Below, piece by piece: positions 30,101 through 38,773 of a stretch of DNA of 64,000 nucleotides. Within the stretch, counting starts at the first letter, position 1, and each line of letters opens with the position of its first letter. The notes under the pieces are model-generated. The model was not told the DNA's origin, searched no databases, and saw only the letters and a program-made list of their open reading frames with translations. A program made the translations under genes and the position numbers. Source of the DNA: an uncultured Kiloniellales bacterium (GTDB taxonomy: Bacteria > Pseudomonadota > Alphaproteobacteria > Kiloniellales > JAKSDN01); assembly GCA_947258885.1 (NCBI GenBank), contig CAMYKD010000022.1, positions 9,324-73,323 of the forward strand. Reading direction: 5' to 3'.

Positions 30101-30305
30101 GCGCGAGCTCGATACGGCATTCGATCCCGCTGCAGAGCCGTCGACGGCGACGCGCCTCCAGACGCCCAAGCTGTCGCCGCTGGAGCGGCGAACCTCTTTC
30201 GACGAGGTGGAGCTGACGCTCTGCGCCGAAGAGGCCTGCCGCGAGGCGGGCCGCTGTCTGAGGTGCGATTTCGGCAGAACGGTCGTTTTGCGGGAGGAGG
30301 AGTAA
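27174..30305 (+). CDS. NuoF-like flavoprotein fused to a GltD-like NAD(P)H:FAD oxidoreductase module (formate dehydrogenase beta-type)
   Basis: 1043 aa from ATG 27174 (ATGA overlap). Contains a thioredoxin-like 2Fe-2S domain (VFVCNGTGCKACG), a NuoF FMN/NADH site (GRGGGGFPTGQKWEF) and ESCGKCVPCRLGT. These are followed by Cys clusters and two Rossmann motifs (VVGAGPAGLTAAYFL, VVVGGGNTAIDAAR) typical of the glutamate-synthase small subunit. Confidence 0.85.
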   Translation: MTELALRADLDALRAQLAASFDPDKRRVFVCNGTGCKACGADDLLGGIEKALKRAKLHDQVEVVMTGGCGLCENGALVAVHPPGTLYCRVSPDDIFDIVEKTVARGEVIERLLYEMPGAVAEPTGRRISAEQAIPFYQHQMRIVLGMNDRIDPSKIEDYIREGGYAGLAKALFEMSPDRIIDEVQRAGLRGRGGGGFPTGQKWEFCRAADGDTKYVICNADEGDPGAFMDRSLLEGNPHAVLEGMAIGARAIGSSQGYIYIRAEYPLANERLRIAIDQMRERSLLGENILGSDFSFDIVIKEGAGAFVCGEETALIASIEGRRGMPMARPPFPAVKGLFGKPTNINNVETWANVPHIITGGADEYAARGTESSKGTKIFSLVGQVNNTGLVEVPMGMTLRQLVYEVGGGIKGGRALKAVQSGGPSGGCIPAHMMHLPIDYESLAQAGSIMGSGGLVVMDETTCMVDLARYFVTFTENESCGKCVPCRLGTRQMRMILDDICEGRGTEQSIAQLEALGEAVGKGSLCGLGQTAPNPVLTTIKYFRDEYLAHVREKRCPAGVCESLFVATCSNRCPSEVDIPAYLSLVAEGRNEEALRSHMERNPFPSVCARVCPHPCEDRCRRETLDRPVAIRAVKRFMVDDATNVSVPVMDRPPEERRRTAVVGAGPAGLTAAYFLRRLGHEVTVYETMPEPGGMLRYGIPSYRLPREELERDIERITSMGVKIVCGAAIGKKLSIAKLRKEHDAVFVGSGAWSDVTMGVPGEEGRGVASGIEFLKKVELGPVDRISGDAVVVGGGNTAIDAARTALRLGAQSVTVVYRRTREEMPVQPEEIVEALEEDVKFEFLVAPVEVIRNGGKSPVAIKLQRMRLGDFDDSGRRRPMPIEGEFIELPAAHIIRAIGQKPIVPTGGPPVSKRGTVNVDQLSLATELDGVFAGGDAVLGPATAVEAIAHGRRAAEAIERYLHPSKSARFPWNAPRELDTAFDPAAEPSTATRLQTPKLSPLERRTSFDEVELTLCAEEACREAGRCLRCDFGRTVVLREEE

Positions 30306-30307
30306 CC

Positions 30308-32977
30308 ATGCCGAACCTGACGATCAACGGGCGCGCGGTCACGGTCGAGGACGGAAGGACGGTGCTCGACGCCTGCCGCAGCGCCGAGGTCTACGTGCCG
30401 ACGCTCTGCGACGACCCCGAACTCGAGCCCTACGGCGCGTGCCGCCTGTGCATCGTCAAGGTTGACGGTCTGCGCGGCCTGCCCACTGCCTGCACCACGC
30501 CTGCCGCCGACGGCATGAAGGTCACGACCGAGGACCCCGAGATTCTGGACGTGCGCCGGTGGACGGCGCAGCTTCTGCTCGCCGACCATCCGCTCGATTG
30601 CCTGACCTGCGCCCAGTGCGGGGCCTGCGGGCTGCAAGAAGTCGCCGCGCATCTGGGGATTCGCGAACGCGTCCTGCAGCCGATGGTGCGCGAGGCGAAA
30701 ATCGACGACTCGAACGCCTGCTACGCCATCGACATGCGCAGATGCATTCTCTGCGGCCTCTGCGTCCGCGCCTGCGAAGAGATACAGCACCTCGGGGCCA
30801 TCGACCTGGTAAAGCGCGGCTACGCAAGCGCGGTCGAACCGTTCGGCGGCGGCCCGATCATGGACTCCATCTGCGAGACCTGCGGCGAGTGCGTGGAGCG
30901 CTGCCCCACCGGGGCGCTCACACCGCGGCAGCACCTCCGGCCCGAACGCGAAGTCTCCACCGTGTGCCCCTATTGCGGCACCGGCTGTCGGATTGTCCTG
31001 GGCGCCCGGGGAGACACCGTCGTGAGCGCTCGCGGCGACATGGACGCCCCGGTATCGCGCGGGCGTCTCTGCGTGAAGGGACGATTCGGATCGTTCGAAT
31101 TCGTTTCCCATCCCGACCGCCTCGAGACCCCGCTCATACGGACCGCCGACGGCTTTCGCGAGGCGTCCTGGGAAGAGGCGCTGGCCCTCGTCGCCAGCCA
31201 ACTGAAGACGTACCGTGGCGACGCATTCGGGGGACTGTCCTCGGCCAAGGTCACGAACGAAGACAACTACGTGTTCCAGAAGTTCGTGCGCGCCGCCATG
31301 GGGACGAACAACGTCGACCACTGCGCGCGCCTGTGCCACTCCTCCACCGTCGCGGGGCTGAGGCTGTCGTTCGGTTCAGGGGCGATGACGAACACCGCGG
31401 ACGACCTCTTGAAGGCCGACGTCATCCTCGTGACCGGGTCGAACACCACCGAGAACCATCCGATCATCGGGCTCAAGATCCGCGAGGCGGTTGCGCGCGG
31501 CGCGAAGCTTCTGCTCTTCGACCCGCGCCAAATCCAGTTGAGCCAGATCGCCACGGTCTGGGCGCGGCAGAGACCCGGCACGGACGTGGCCTGGATCAAC
31601 GGGCTCATGCACGTCATAGTCCGTGACGGCCTGATGAAGACCGAGTTCATCGAGTCCCGCACCCAGGGGATCGAGGAGGTCGAAAAGCTCGTGGCCGCCT
31701 ATACGCCGGAGCGGGTGTCGGAGATCACCGGGGTCCCAGCCGAACTCATCGTGGAGGCGGCCCGCGTCTACGCCACGGCGGAGCGGGCGTCCATCGTCTA
31801 TTCGATGGGCATAACCCAACACACGACCGGCGTCGACAACGTCCGATCGCTCGCCAACCTGGCGATGATCACCGGGCAGATCGGTCGGTCTGGCACCGGC
31901 GTCAATCCGCTGCGCGGCCAGAGCAATGTCCAGGGTGCTTGCGACATGGGCGCCTTGCCCAACTTCTATCCCGGTTACCAGCAGGTCGCCGATGCCGAGA
32001 CCCGCGCCAAGTTCGAGAAAGCGTGGAACGTCGAACTCTCCGGCACTCCCGGCCTGACGGTGACGCAGATGCTCCCCGCGGCCCTCGAGGGAAAGGTCAA
32101 GGCGCTCTATGTCATGGGCGAGAACCCCGTGCTCTCCGACGCCGACGTCACCCACGTCGTGGAGGCGCTCGGGAAGCTCGAGTTCCTCGTCGTGCAGGAT
32201 ATTTTCCTCACCGAAACGGCGAAGCTTGCCCATGTCGTGTTGCCGGCCTCTTCTTACGCCGAGCGCGACGGCACTTACACCAATACCGAGCGCAGGGTAC
32301 AGCTCACCAAGTCGATCGTGCCCCCGCCAGGGCAGGCGCGGCGGGACTGGGAAATCATCTGCGACCTCGCCGCCGCCGTCGGGTATCCGATGACCTACGC
32401 GTCGACGGCGGAGATCAGTGACGAGATGAGAGGACTCACGCCGTCCTACGCGGGTATCTCCCATGCGCGGCTCGAGGCGGGGGCACAGCTTCACTGGCCC
32501 TGCCCTGCGGAGGACCACCCGGGAACGCCGATCCTGCACCGCGACAAGTTTGCGCGCGGCCTCGGCCAGTTCCACCCGGTCGAGTACCGACCCGCGGCGG
32601 AAGAAACCGACGCGTCATTCCCGATCGTGCTGACCACGGGTCGGATGCTGGAGCACTACCACACGGGCACGATGACGCGGCGGAGCGATGGCCTGAACGG
32701 TCTCGTCCCCGGGCCGTTCGTCGAGGTAAACGGCGCCGACGCAAAGAAAATACGCGTGAAGGATGGTGATCGCGTGAAGGTGTCCTCACGCCGCGGCTCT
32801 ATAGTCCTTCCTGCCAAGGTGGGGAGCAGGGTGGATACGGGTGTCCTCTTCATCCCGTTCCACTTCTGGGAGGCGGCGGCCAACGTTCTCACGAACCCAG
32901 CGTCCGACCCGACAGCAGGAATCCCGGAATTCAAGGTTTGCGCCGTGCGGCTGGAGCGCGCGCCGCAACTTAACTGA
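30308..32977 (+). CDS. Formate dehydrogenase catalytic (alpha) subunit, Cys-type, with N-terminal Fe-S domains
   Basis: 889 aa from ATG 30308. N-terminal 2Fe-2S and 4Fe-4S motifs (CRLCIV, CLTCAQCGACGLQ, CILCGLCVRAC, CETCGECVERCP). Molybdopterin domain with VDHCARLCHSS. The Sec/Cys position is TGC at 31334-31336. Confidence 0.9.
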   Translation: MPNLTINGRAVTVEDGRTVLDACRSAEVYVPTLCDDPELEPYGACRLCIVKVDGLRGLPTACTTPAADGMKVTTEDPEILDVRRWTAQLLLADHPLDCLTCAQCGACGLQEVAAHLGIRERVLQPMVREAKIDDSNACYAIDMRRCILCGLCVRACEEIQHLGAIDLVKRGYASAVEPFGGGPIMDSICETCGECVERCPTGALTPRQHLRPEREVSTVCPYCGTGCRIVLGARGDTVVSARGDMDAPVSRGRLCVKGRFGSFEFVSHPDRLETPLIRTADGFREASWEEALALVASQLKTYRGDAFGGLSSAKVTNEDNYVFQKFVRAAMGTNNVDHCARLCHSSTVAGLRLSFGSGAMTNTADDLLKADVILVTGSNTTENHPIIGLKIREAVARGAKLLLFDPRQIQLSQIATVWARQRPGTDVAWINGLMHVIVRDGLMKTEFIESRTQGIEEVEKLVAAYTPERVSEITGVPAELIVEAARVYATAERASIVYSMGITQHTTGVDNVRSLANLAMITGQIGRSGTGVNPLRGQSNVQGACDMGALPNFYPGYQQVADAETRAKFEKAWNVELSGTPGLTVTQMLPAALEGKVKALYVMGENPVLSDADVTHVVEALGKLEFLVVQDIFLTETAKLAHVVLPASSYAERDGTYTNTERRVQLTKSIVPPPGQARRDWEIICDLAAAVGYPMTYASTAEISDEMRGLTPSYAGISHARLEAGAQLHWPCPAEDHPGTPILHRDKFARGLGQFHPVEYRPAAEETDASFPIVLTTGRMLEHYHTGTMTRRSDGLNGLVPGPFVEVNGADAKKIRVKDGDRVKVSSRRGSIVLPAKVGSRVDTGVLFIPFHFWEAAANVLTNPASDPTAGIPEFKVCAVRLERAPQLN

Positions 32978-32992
32978 CGGTAGGTGGTTCAT

Positions 32993-33198
32993 TCAGCCGA
33001 CATCGGCCGCCGCCAGCGCCGGCCCGGGCTCGGCATCGGCGATCACGTCGTCGAACGCGCCGAGCGCGCAGACGAGCTGGAGAGAGCGGACCTCGAACTT
33101 GCCCCGGTCGACCAGCAGCAGCCGGCGCTCGGCGTGTTCGATCATCGCGCGCTTGACGCCGCAGGCCGCCGTGTCCATGTCGACCGGCCCCTCGGCGG
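32993..33198 (-). pseudogene. Orphan 3' fragment of a DeoR-family regulator gene
   Basis: Translates to EGPVDMDTAACGVKRAMIEHAERRLLLVDRGKFEVRSLQLVCALGAFDDVIADAEPGPALAAADVG*. This parallels the C-terminus of the intact DeoR gene at 35210-35986. No N-terminal part or start codon is present. Confidence 0.7.
32999..33198. repeat. Direct repeat copy A (about 200 nt) of the DeoR 3' end
   Basis: Aligns by eye with 35234-35445 in the same orientation at roughly 85-90% identity, with one 9-nt indel. Confidence 0.8.
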
Positions 33199-33321
33199 AG
33201 TTCCAGGGACAGCTCGAGTTCCAGAGCAAGAACAACCCGGTCGCCGGGGCCGGCGTCGGGCTTGCCGACCGGCACCGTGGTCGCAGCAGCGGCGGCGCGT
33301 CCTGTTCGCGTCCGCCGTCCT

Positions 33322-34533
33322 TCAGTAGCGCAGGTGTGCTTGGCGCTCGCTCAGCCAGGCCTGCTCGTCCGCACTGGCCAGGGCATCCAGGTCTTGCGGC
33401 GTCGCAGCCGCATCGTCGACCCATTCCCGCAGCAACGGACCGCCGTTGATGACATCTATCGCGAGTTTGCCGTGCTCGTACTCGTAGGGAAAATCGCGCC
33501 ACAGCGGATAGTCCGGATACAAACGGCGAATCGCCTTGAAGGCGAGCGCTTGGAGCCGCCAGGGCTTGAACGCCCGGTGATCGTAGCCGGGATCCTCGCT
33601 GTGAATCTGCACGCCGTTGCAAAGCGCGCCCGCGTGCTTGTGAAACGTGGGCTCGAACCAGCAATCGCGCAGGTGGCACCCGCCCAGCCACTGCGGCGCT
33701 AGCGCGTGCATTTCCTCCATGACACGCCTCGCATCGATGTCGGGCGCGCCGAAGACTTCGAGCGGCCGGGTGGTGCCGCGGCCCTCGGAGAGTGTCGTGC
33801 CCTCGAGCATCACCGTGCCCGCATAGGCGCGCGCCATCCATAGATTCGGCGCGTTGGGGCTGGGATTGATCCAGATGCGCTCGGCAAGCGGCCAGCCGAA
33901 TCCCGGCGCCGCATCGGGCCGCCAGCCTCGCATCTCTACGACCCGATACTCGACATCGAGCCCGAGCGTTTCGATGAACCACAGGCCCAGCTCGCCGAGC
34001 GTAAGCCCATGGCGCATCGGCAAGGGCCCGGCGCCGACAAAACTTTCCCAGCCGCTTTGCAGCCGCAGGCCTTCGACGGGCCGGCCAACGGGATTGGGGC
34101 GATCCAGCACCCACACGGCTTTGCCGCGCTCCGCCGCCGCTTCCAGGAGGTAGCGCAGCGTCGTGACGAAGGTATAGATGCGGCAGCCCAGATCCTGCAG
34201 GTCGACCAGGAGGACATCGAAGGTATCCATCATCGCGTCCGTCGGCCGGCGCACGTCTCCATACAGGCTGAAGACCGGGACGCCGTGCACTGGATCGTCG
34301 AAGTCCGGCGACTCGATCATGTTGTCCTGCTTGTCGCCGCGCAGGCCGTGCTGCGGGCCGAAGGCGGCGGCGAGCCTTATGTCGCCGCAGGCGGCCAGGG
34401 CGTCGAGGGAATGCGTCAGGTCCCGCGTGACCGAAGCGGGGTGCGCGAGCAATGCCACGCGCCTGCCTTTCAGCGGCGCGCGCAAGGCGGGTTCGGCGAG
34501 AAGCCGGTCGATGCCGAATTTCGCAAATTTCAT
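33322..34533 (-). CDS. DUF1343 (NamZ-like exo-beta-N-acetylmuramidase family) protein
   Basis: MKFAKFGIDRLL, LLAHPASVT, FGPQHG, VDLQDLGCRIYTF, PMRHGLTLGEL and INPSPN are characteristic of DUF1343. I place the start at ATG 34533 (ATGA overlap with the upstream stop), not at the track start 34569. Confidence 0.85.
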   Translation of the reverse strand: MKFAKFGIDRLLAEPALRAPLKGRRVALLAHPASVTRDLTHSLDALAACGDIRLAAAFGPQHGLRGDKQDNMIESPDFDDPVHGVPVFSLYGDVRRPTDAMMDTFDVLLVDLQDLGCRIYTFVTTLRYLLEAAAERGKAVWVLDRPNPVGRPVEGLRLQSGWESFVGAGPLPMRHGLTLGELGLWFIETLGLDVEYRVVEMRGWRPDAAPGFGWPLAERIWINPSPNAPNLWMARAYAGTVMLEGTTLSEGRGTTRPLEVFGAPDIDARRVMEEMHALAPQWLGGCHLRDCWFEPTFHKHAGALCNGVQIHSEDPGYDHRAFKPWRLQALAFKAIRRLYPDYPLWRDFPYEYEHGKLAIDVINGGPLLREWVDDAAATPQDLDALASADEQAWLSERQAHLRY

Positions 34534-35084
34534 GGCCGCACCGGTGCTGGAAGTTCCTGCGCGAAGCAATCGGAATGATGAAAATCCGCCATGCCCGGCG
34601 GATGCGCCAAGGCCCAGTACGATTTACGGCCGCTGGTTTCCTCGATCACCGCCGAGAGACCGAGACGCCATGCCGCATCGCTCGGCAAGCCCGGCAAGCG
34701 ATCCAGCGCCAGCGAGGCCTGCAATTCGTAGCACGCGCCGTTCGATTGCACCTCGACGCGCGGCGCGCCGATCTCGCTCGCAACGCTCATCCCGCTTCGG
34801 TAGCCGCTGAAGCGATAGGCCGCCCATTGCATCGAGGGCGCAAAGTTGAACTCGTAGTATGCGGCGCTTGGCGCTGCACGGACGAAGGCCTCGAAGCAGG
34901 TGTGCCGCCAAAGCTCATCGCCGCGCGCGGGAGCCGTCACGGGCGGCATGCGCAGATTACCCGTCTTGCCGGTCACGACATAGTGCAGCACCAAATTGCC
35001 GGGGCGTGGCCGCGCGACGTCCACTTCGATCTGTGCCGCTGCACTGCAACGCGAGTCCCGATGAAGTTTCAACGCCTGGCGCAT
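34530..35084 (-). CDS. DOMON-like domain protein
   Basis: 184 aa from ATG 35084 (LWRHTCFEAFV, YYEFNFAPS, YWALAHPPGMADFHHSDCF). The rest of track ORF 34530..36065 is antisense shadow of the DeoR gene. Confidence 0.7.
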   Translation of the reverse strand: MRQALKLHRDSRCSAAAQIEVDVARPRPGNLVLHYVVTGKTGNLRMPPVTAPARGDELWRHTCFEAFVRAAPSAAYYEFNFAPSMQWAAYRFSGYRSGMSVASEIGAPRVEVQSNGACYELQASLALDRLPGLPSDAAWRLGLSAVIEETSGRKSYWALAHPPGMADFHHSDCFAQELPAPVRP

Positions 35085-35209
35085 GCCGGCATTGTAGCGG
35101 CGACGACATTCCACATGGCGACAATTTTCGTGACGACTTCGGCGCCTTTGGCAGTCTGCCGAGAAGGCGGACGTTCCGGGCTTTGTTTCGGCAGGATCTC
35201 GAACCGAGA

Positions 35210-35986
35210 CTAACTGCCGGCGAGGTGGAATACGACGTCGGCCGCCGCCAGCGCCTTGCGCAGCGCGGGCTCGGGCGTGGCGTCGGCGATCACGTCGTCG
35301 AGCTCGGCGAGCGGGCACACGAGCTGGAGCGAGCGGATCCCGAACTTGCCCTGGTCGACCAGCAGCAGCCGGCGCTCGGCGCGCTCGATCATCGCGCGCT
35401 TGACGCCGCAGGCCGCCGTATCCATGTCGACCGGCCCCTCGGCGGTCAGGCCGCTCGCCCCGATGAAGGCCTTGGTCGCGTGGTGGCGGCGCAGGAAGGC
35501 CGCGGTCTCCGGCCCATAGACGCCGGCCTCGCGCGGGTTGTAATCGCCCGGGCAGAGGATCACGCGCAGCTTCGGGTTCTGGCCCAGGGCGGCGGCGACG
35601 TTGATGCTGTTGGTCAGGATCGTGAGGGGCTGAGACGCCGCCGCGAGCCACCGGGCGAAATGGCTGGTCGTCGAGCCGGAATCGATCATCAGCACGTCGC
35701 CCGGCTCGGCGAAAGCCGCGGCCCGCGCGCCGATCCGCGAGCGCTCCTCGACGAGCTGGCGGTAGCGCTCGTTGACGGCGGGCTCGCGCGCCATGGGGCG
35801 CACGGCGGCGCCGCCGTAGGTGCGCGCGACGAGGCCGCGTCGGCTCAGCTCGTCGAGATCGCGGCGCACGGTCTCGGTCGAGACCTCGAAGGCCTCGGCC
35901 AGCGCCGAGATCCGCACGGCGGGACTGGCGCGCAGTTCGGCGACGATACGCTCGAAACGCTCGCTCCGCTTGAGCCGCGCGCTCAT
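35210..35986 (-). CDS. DeoR-family transcriptional regulator
   Basis: 258 aa. HTH (ISALAEAFEVSTETVRRDLDEL) and a DeoR C-terminal sensor domain. The ATG at 35986 overlaps the upstream stop (ATGA). Confidence 0.9.
   Translation of the reverse strand: MSARLKRSERFERIVAELRASPAVRISALAEAFEVSTETVRRDLDELSRRGLVARTYGGAAVRPMAREPAVNERYRQLVEERSRIGARAAAFAEPGDVLMIDSGSTTSHFARWLAAASQPLTILTNSINVAAALGQNPKLRVILCPGDYNPREAGVYGPETAAFLRRHHATKAFIGASGLTAEGPVDMDTAACGVKRAMIERAERRLLLVDQGKFGIRSLQLVCPLAELDDVIADATPEPALRKALAAADVVFHLAGS
35234..35445. repeat. Direct repeat copy B (inside the intact DeoR gene)
   Basis: Partner of 32999-33198. Confidence 0.8.
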
Positions 35987-37281
35987 GAGAGGTCGAGCCG
36001 TTCCAACAGGCCGCTGTCGCCGGCGAGGTCGAGAAAGGTGTAGCGGTCGCGAATCTCGCGGGCATGGCGCAGGGCGCCGCGGTAGTAAGTGCGCGGCCAG
36101 CCGAGCGCTTCGGGCGACGTTGGAGCGCCGGCGTTCCGCAGCACCGTCTCGAGCTCCGCGGCCGGCCGCGTCACCGCGGCGAGCCGCCTGCCGAACTCCT
36201 CCCAGCGGGCCTCGAGCCGTGCGTTGAGCGCCTCGGCGGCCGTTTCGTCCAGGCGCTTGGCGGCGAACTCCCGCCAGCAGGCCGCTCCCAGCCCGGCGCC
36301 GAAATGCGCCGTCACGGTAGCCTCGCTCGGTGTACTCGCGCGCAGGCGGGGCGGCCCCTCCGCCAGCATGCGTTCCTGCAGCCGCGCCATGGTCAGCGTG
36401 GTCACGCCAATCTGCTCGCCGTGGAAGGCCTCGGGGCAGCCGGCGGGCGGCATCATCTCGACGTGGTGGCTGATCAGATGCTCGCCCTGGCTGGCCGGTT
36501 GGCTGCCGCCGCAAAGCGTCATGCCGAGGCCCGAGAGCACCAGGGTGCGGGCGAGCAGCCTCATGGCCTCGAGGTCGCCCAGCATCAGCGCCTCCGATTT
36601 CGCGAAGAGCGCGGGCTCGTCTTCGGCGAGGAGGGCGAAGGGCGCCTCGCGGTAGGGGCGGTCGAGCAGCAGGTGGGCAAGCAGCCAGTCCGCCTGTGCC
36701 GTCGGCCGGCAGAGGCTGTCGCCCAGGCCGGAGCGGATCATGCGCGCCGGCGCCTGCGACAGGACCTCCAGGTCCAGGAAAACGCCCGCGGCCGCGACCG
36801 CCGGCAGCGACTTCTTGTGGCCCGCGACGGTGATCGCCGCGTTGACCGAGGTGTAGCCGTTCATCGAGGGCGCGGTGGCGAAGACCGCGTAGGGCTTGCC
36901 GTCCCGGGCCGCGGCGTACTTGCAGAGGTCGTTGATCGTGCCCGAGCCGACGGCGATCAAGGCGTCGCAGCCGGCGCTGTCGCGGCGGACCGCCTCGGCG
37001 GTCTCGCTGTCCGCGTGCGGCCGCCCAGGCAAGGGTATTTCCGTAACTTGCGCGATCGGGGCCAAGGCCGCCGCGATCCGGGCGCCCAGCACCCGGCGCG
37101 TATTGTCGTCGCTGACCAGCGCCAGCTTGCGGCCCAGGTCGAGCCCCTCAACCAGCCCGGCCTCGTCGCCGGCCAGTGTATCGGCGATCGCCACCGAGCG
37201 CGTCGGCACCGCGAGCGGCGGCCCGCCGTCCGGATCCGCGAAGGTGCCGCGCAGCAGACTGTCCAGCGGATCGCCCGTCAT
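35983..37281 (-). CDS. Iron-containing alcohol dehydrogenase superfamily, sn-glycerol-1-phosphate-dehydrogenase (AraM/EgsA)-like
   Basis: 432 aa from ATG 37281 (MTGDPLDSLL). Contains GSGTINDLCKY, PSMNGYTS and GEHLISHH, typical of the G1PDH/dehydroquinate-synthase-like fold. Confidence 0.8.
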   Translation of the reverse strand: MTGDPLDSLLRGTFADPDGGPPLAVPTRSVAIADTLAGDEAGLVEGLDLGRKLALVSDDNTRRVLGARIAAALAPIAQVTEIPLPGRPHADSETAEAVRRDSAGCDALIAVGSGTINDLCKYAAARDGKPYAVFATAPSMNGYTSVNAAITVAGHKKSLPAVAAAGVFLDLEVLSQAPARMIRSGLGDSLCRPTAQADWLLAHLLLDRPYREAPFALLAEDEPALFAKSEALMLGDLEAMRLLARTLVLSGLGMTLCGGSQPASQGEHLISHHVEMMPPAGCPEAFHGEQIGVTTLTMARLQERMLAEGPPRLRASTPSEATVTAHFGAGLGAACWREFAAKRLDETAAEALNARLEARWEEFGRRLAAVTRPAAELETVLRNAGAPTSPEALGWPRTYYRGALRHAREIRDRYTFLDLAGDSGLLERLDLS

Positions 37282-37285
37282 GGCC

Positions 37286-38740
37286 TCAGCCCTCTGCGCC
37301 GAACATTGGACGCAGGCTGTCGAACAAACGGCGGTAGGCCGCGTAGGCCTCGTCGTAGGCGGCGCGCGCGCCGGCCTCGGGCGCGACCGTCTCGGCAAGC
37401 TTGCCGACCAGTCCGGCGCAGCCGACGAGATCCGGCTGCAGGCCCCCGGCCACGGCCGCGCAGATCGCCGCGCCCAGCGGCGAGGTGTCGCGCACCACCG
37501 GGATCTGGGCCGGAAGGCCGGTGCAGTCGGCCCGTATTTGCGCCCAGAGCCGGCTCCTGGCGCCGCCGCCCAGAAGCAAAAGCGCCTCCGTCGCCACGTC
37601 CATCTCGCCCAGCCGTTCGACCACGTCGCGCATGGCGAACGCGCAGCCTTCCAGCACCGCGCGCGCCAAGTGGCCCGGGCCGTGCGCCGGGGTCAGGCCG
37701 TAGAAGCAGCCGCGCGCCGAGGCGATCCACTCCGGTGCCATGGCGCCGCTCATCGCGGGCAAGAACGTGACGCCCCCGGCGCCCGGTGGGACCTCGGCCG
37801 CGAGGCGGTCGAGCTCGGCGAAGCCGACCGGGCGCAGCAGGCCGCGCAGCCAGGCCAGCGCGCCGCCCGAGAGCCAGCCCGGGTTCTCGATGTAGAAGCG
37901 GCCGCCGGCGTAGCGGTGGGTCTCGACCAGGCCGGCGGAATCGATCTTCGCCACGTCGTCCAGCGCGCCGACCACCTCGGCGGTGCCCAGCACGCAGGCC
38001 ACGCGCCCCGGCGTGACGAGGCCTGCGCCGAGCGGAGTCGAAAAATCGTCGCCGGTGCCGACGGCGACCACGGTCCCCTGAGGCAGGCCTGAGAGCGCCG
38101 CGCCCTCGGCCGTGAGCCGGCCGGCCGGCTCGTGCGCTTCTGCGATCGCCGGCAGCTCGTCCTCGTCGATGCCGAAGGCCGTGAGCAGCTCGGGGACATA
38201 GCCGTGCTCTTCCAGGGAATAGAGCATAGTGGTCGAGGCGAGCCCGCGGTCGAAGACCTGCGCGCCGGTCAGCCGCGCGACCAGGTAGGAGACCGGCTGA
38301 TGGAAGCGGGCCGCCCCGGGAGTCTCCTGCTTGAGCCAGCGGATCTTGGCGGCCATGTGCGTGGCGTCGCGCGTAAGGCCGGTGATCCGGCGCAGCTCGT
38401 CGGGGTCGACCACCTTCGCCTGCATCTCGGCGCGGCGGTCCATCCAGATAATGCAGGGGCCGAGCGCCCGGCCCTCCGCGTCCACGGCGACGCAGCCGTC
38501 GAGCTGGCCGGCGATGCCGAGGGCCCGCACCTCGGCCGCAACGCGCCCGGCTGCGGCGAGCGCCTTGGCGATCGTCAGGCCGAGCGCGTCCTCCCAGAGC
38601 GCCGGCGACTGCTCGGCCCAGCCGGGGCGCGGGTAGTCCGGCTCGTAGGCCGTGGCGGCCTCGCCCAGCAGGCGCAGGCGGTCGTCCACGACGACCGCCT
38701 TGAGGCTTTGCGTGCCGATATCGACGCCGACAATGGCGAT
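37286..38740 (-). CDS. FGGY-family carbohydrate kinase (xylulokinase-like); start codon uncertain
   Basis: The track ORF starts at GTG 38689 (VDDRLRLLGEA). The same frame upstream encodes IAIVGVDIGTQSLKAVV, the FGGY phosphate-1 motif, behind an AGGAGA SD. The only start candidates there are ATC 38740 and ATT 38734. Confidence 0.8.
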   Translation of the reverse strand: MAIVGVDIGTQSLKAVVVDDRLRLLGEAATAYEPDYPRPGWAEQSPALWEDALGLTIAKALAAAGRVAAEVRALGIAGQLDGCVAVDAEGRALGPCIIWMDRRAEMQAKVVDPDELRRITGLTRDATHMAAKIRWLKQETPGAARFHQPVSYLVARLTGAQVFDRGLASTTMLYSLEEHGYVPELLTAFGIDEDELPAIAEAHEPAGRLTAEGAALSGLPQGTVVAVGTGDDFSTPLGAGLVTPGRVACVLGTAEVVGALDDVAKIDSAGLVETHRYAGGRFYIENPGWLSGGALAWLRGLLRPVGFAELDRLAAEVPPGAGGVTFLPAMSGAMAPEWIASARGCFYGLTPAHGPGHLARAVLEGCAFAMRDVVERLGEMDVATEALLLLGGGARSRLWAQIRADCTGLPAQIPVVRDTSPLGAAICAAVAGGLQPDLVGCAGLVGKLAETVAPEAGARAAYDEAYAAYRRLFDSLRPMFGAEG

Positions 38741-38773
38741 AGGGGCTCTCCTTCGATTTCGATGCGCCCGGGT

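Noticed and set aside
31334-31336. Possible selenocysteine (in-frame TGA) in the formate dehydrogenase catalytic subunit.
   Set aside because: The position equivalent to Sec/Cys in VDxCARxC/UH is a TGC Cys codon, and the ORF has no internal TGA. No SECIS-like requirement applies.
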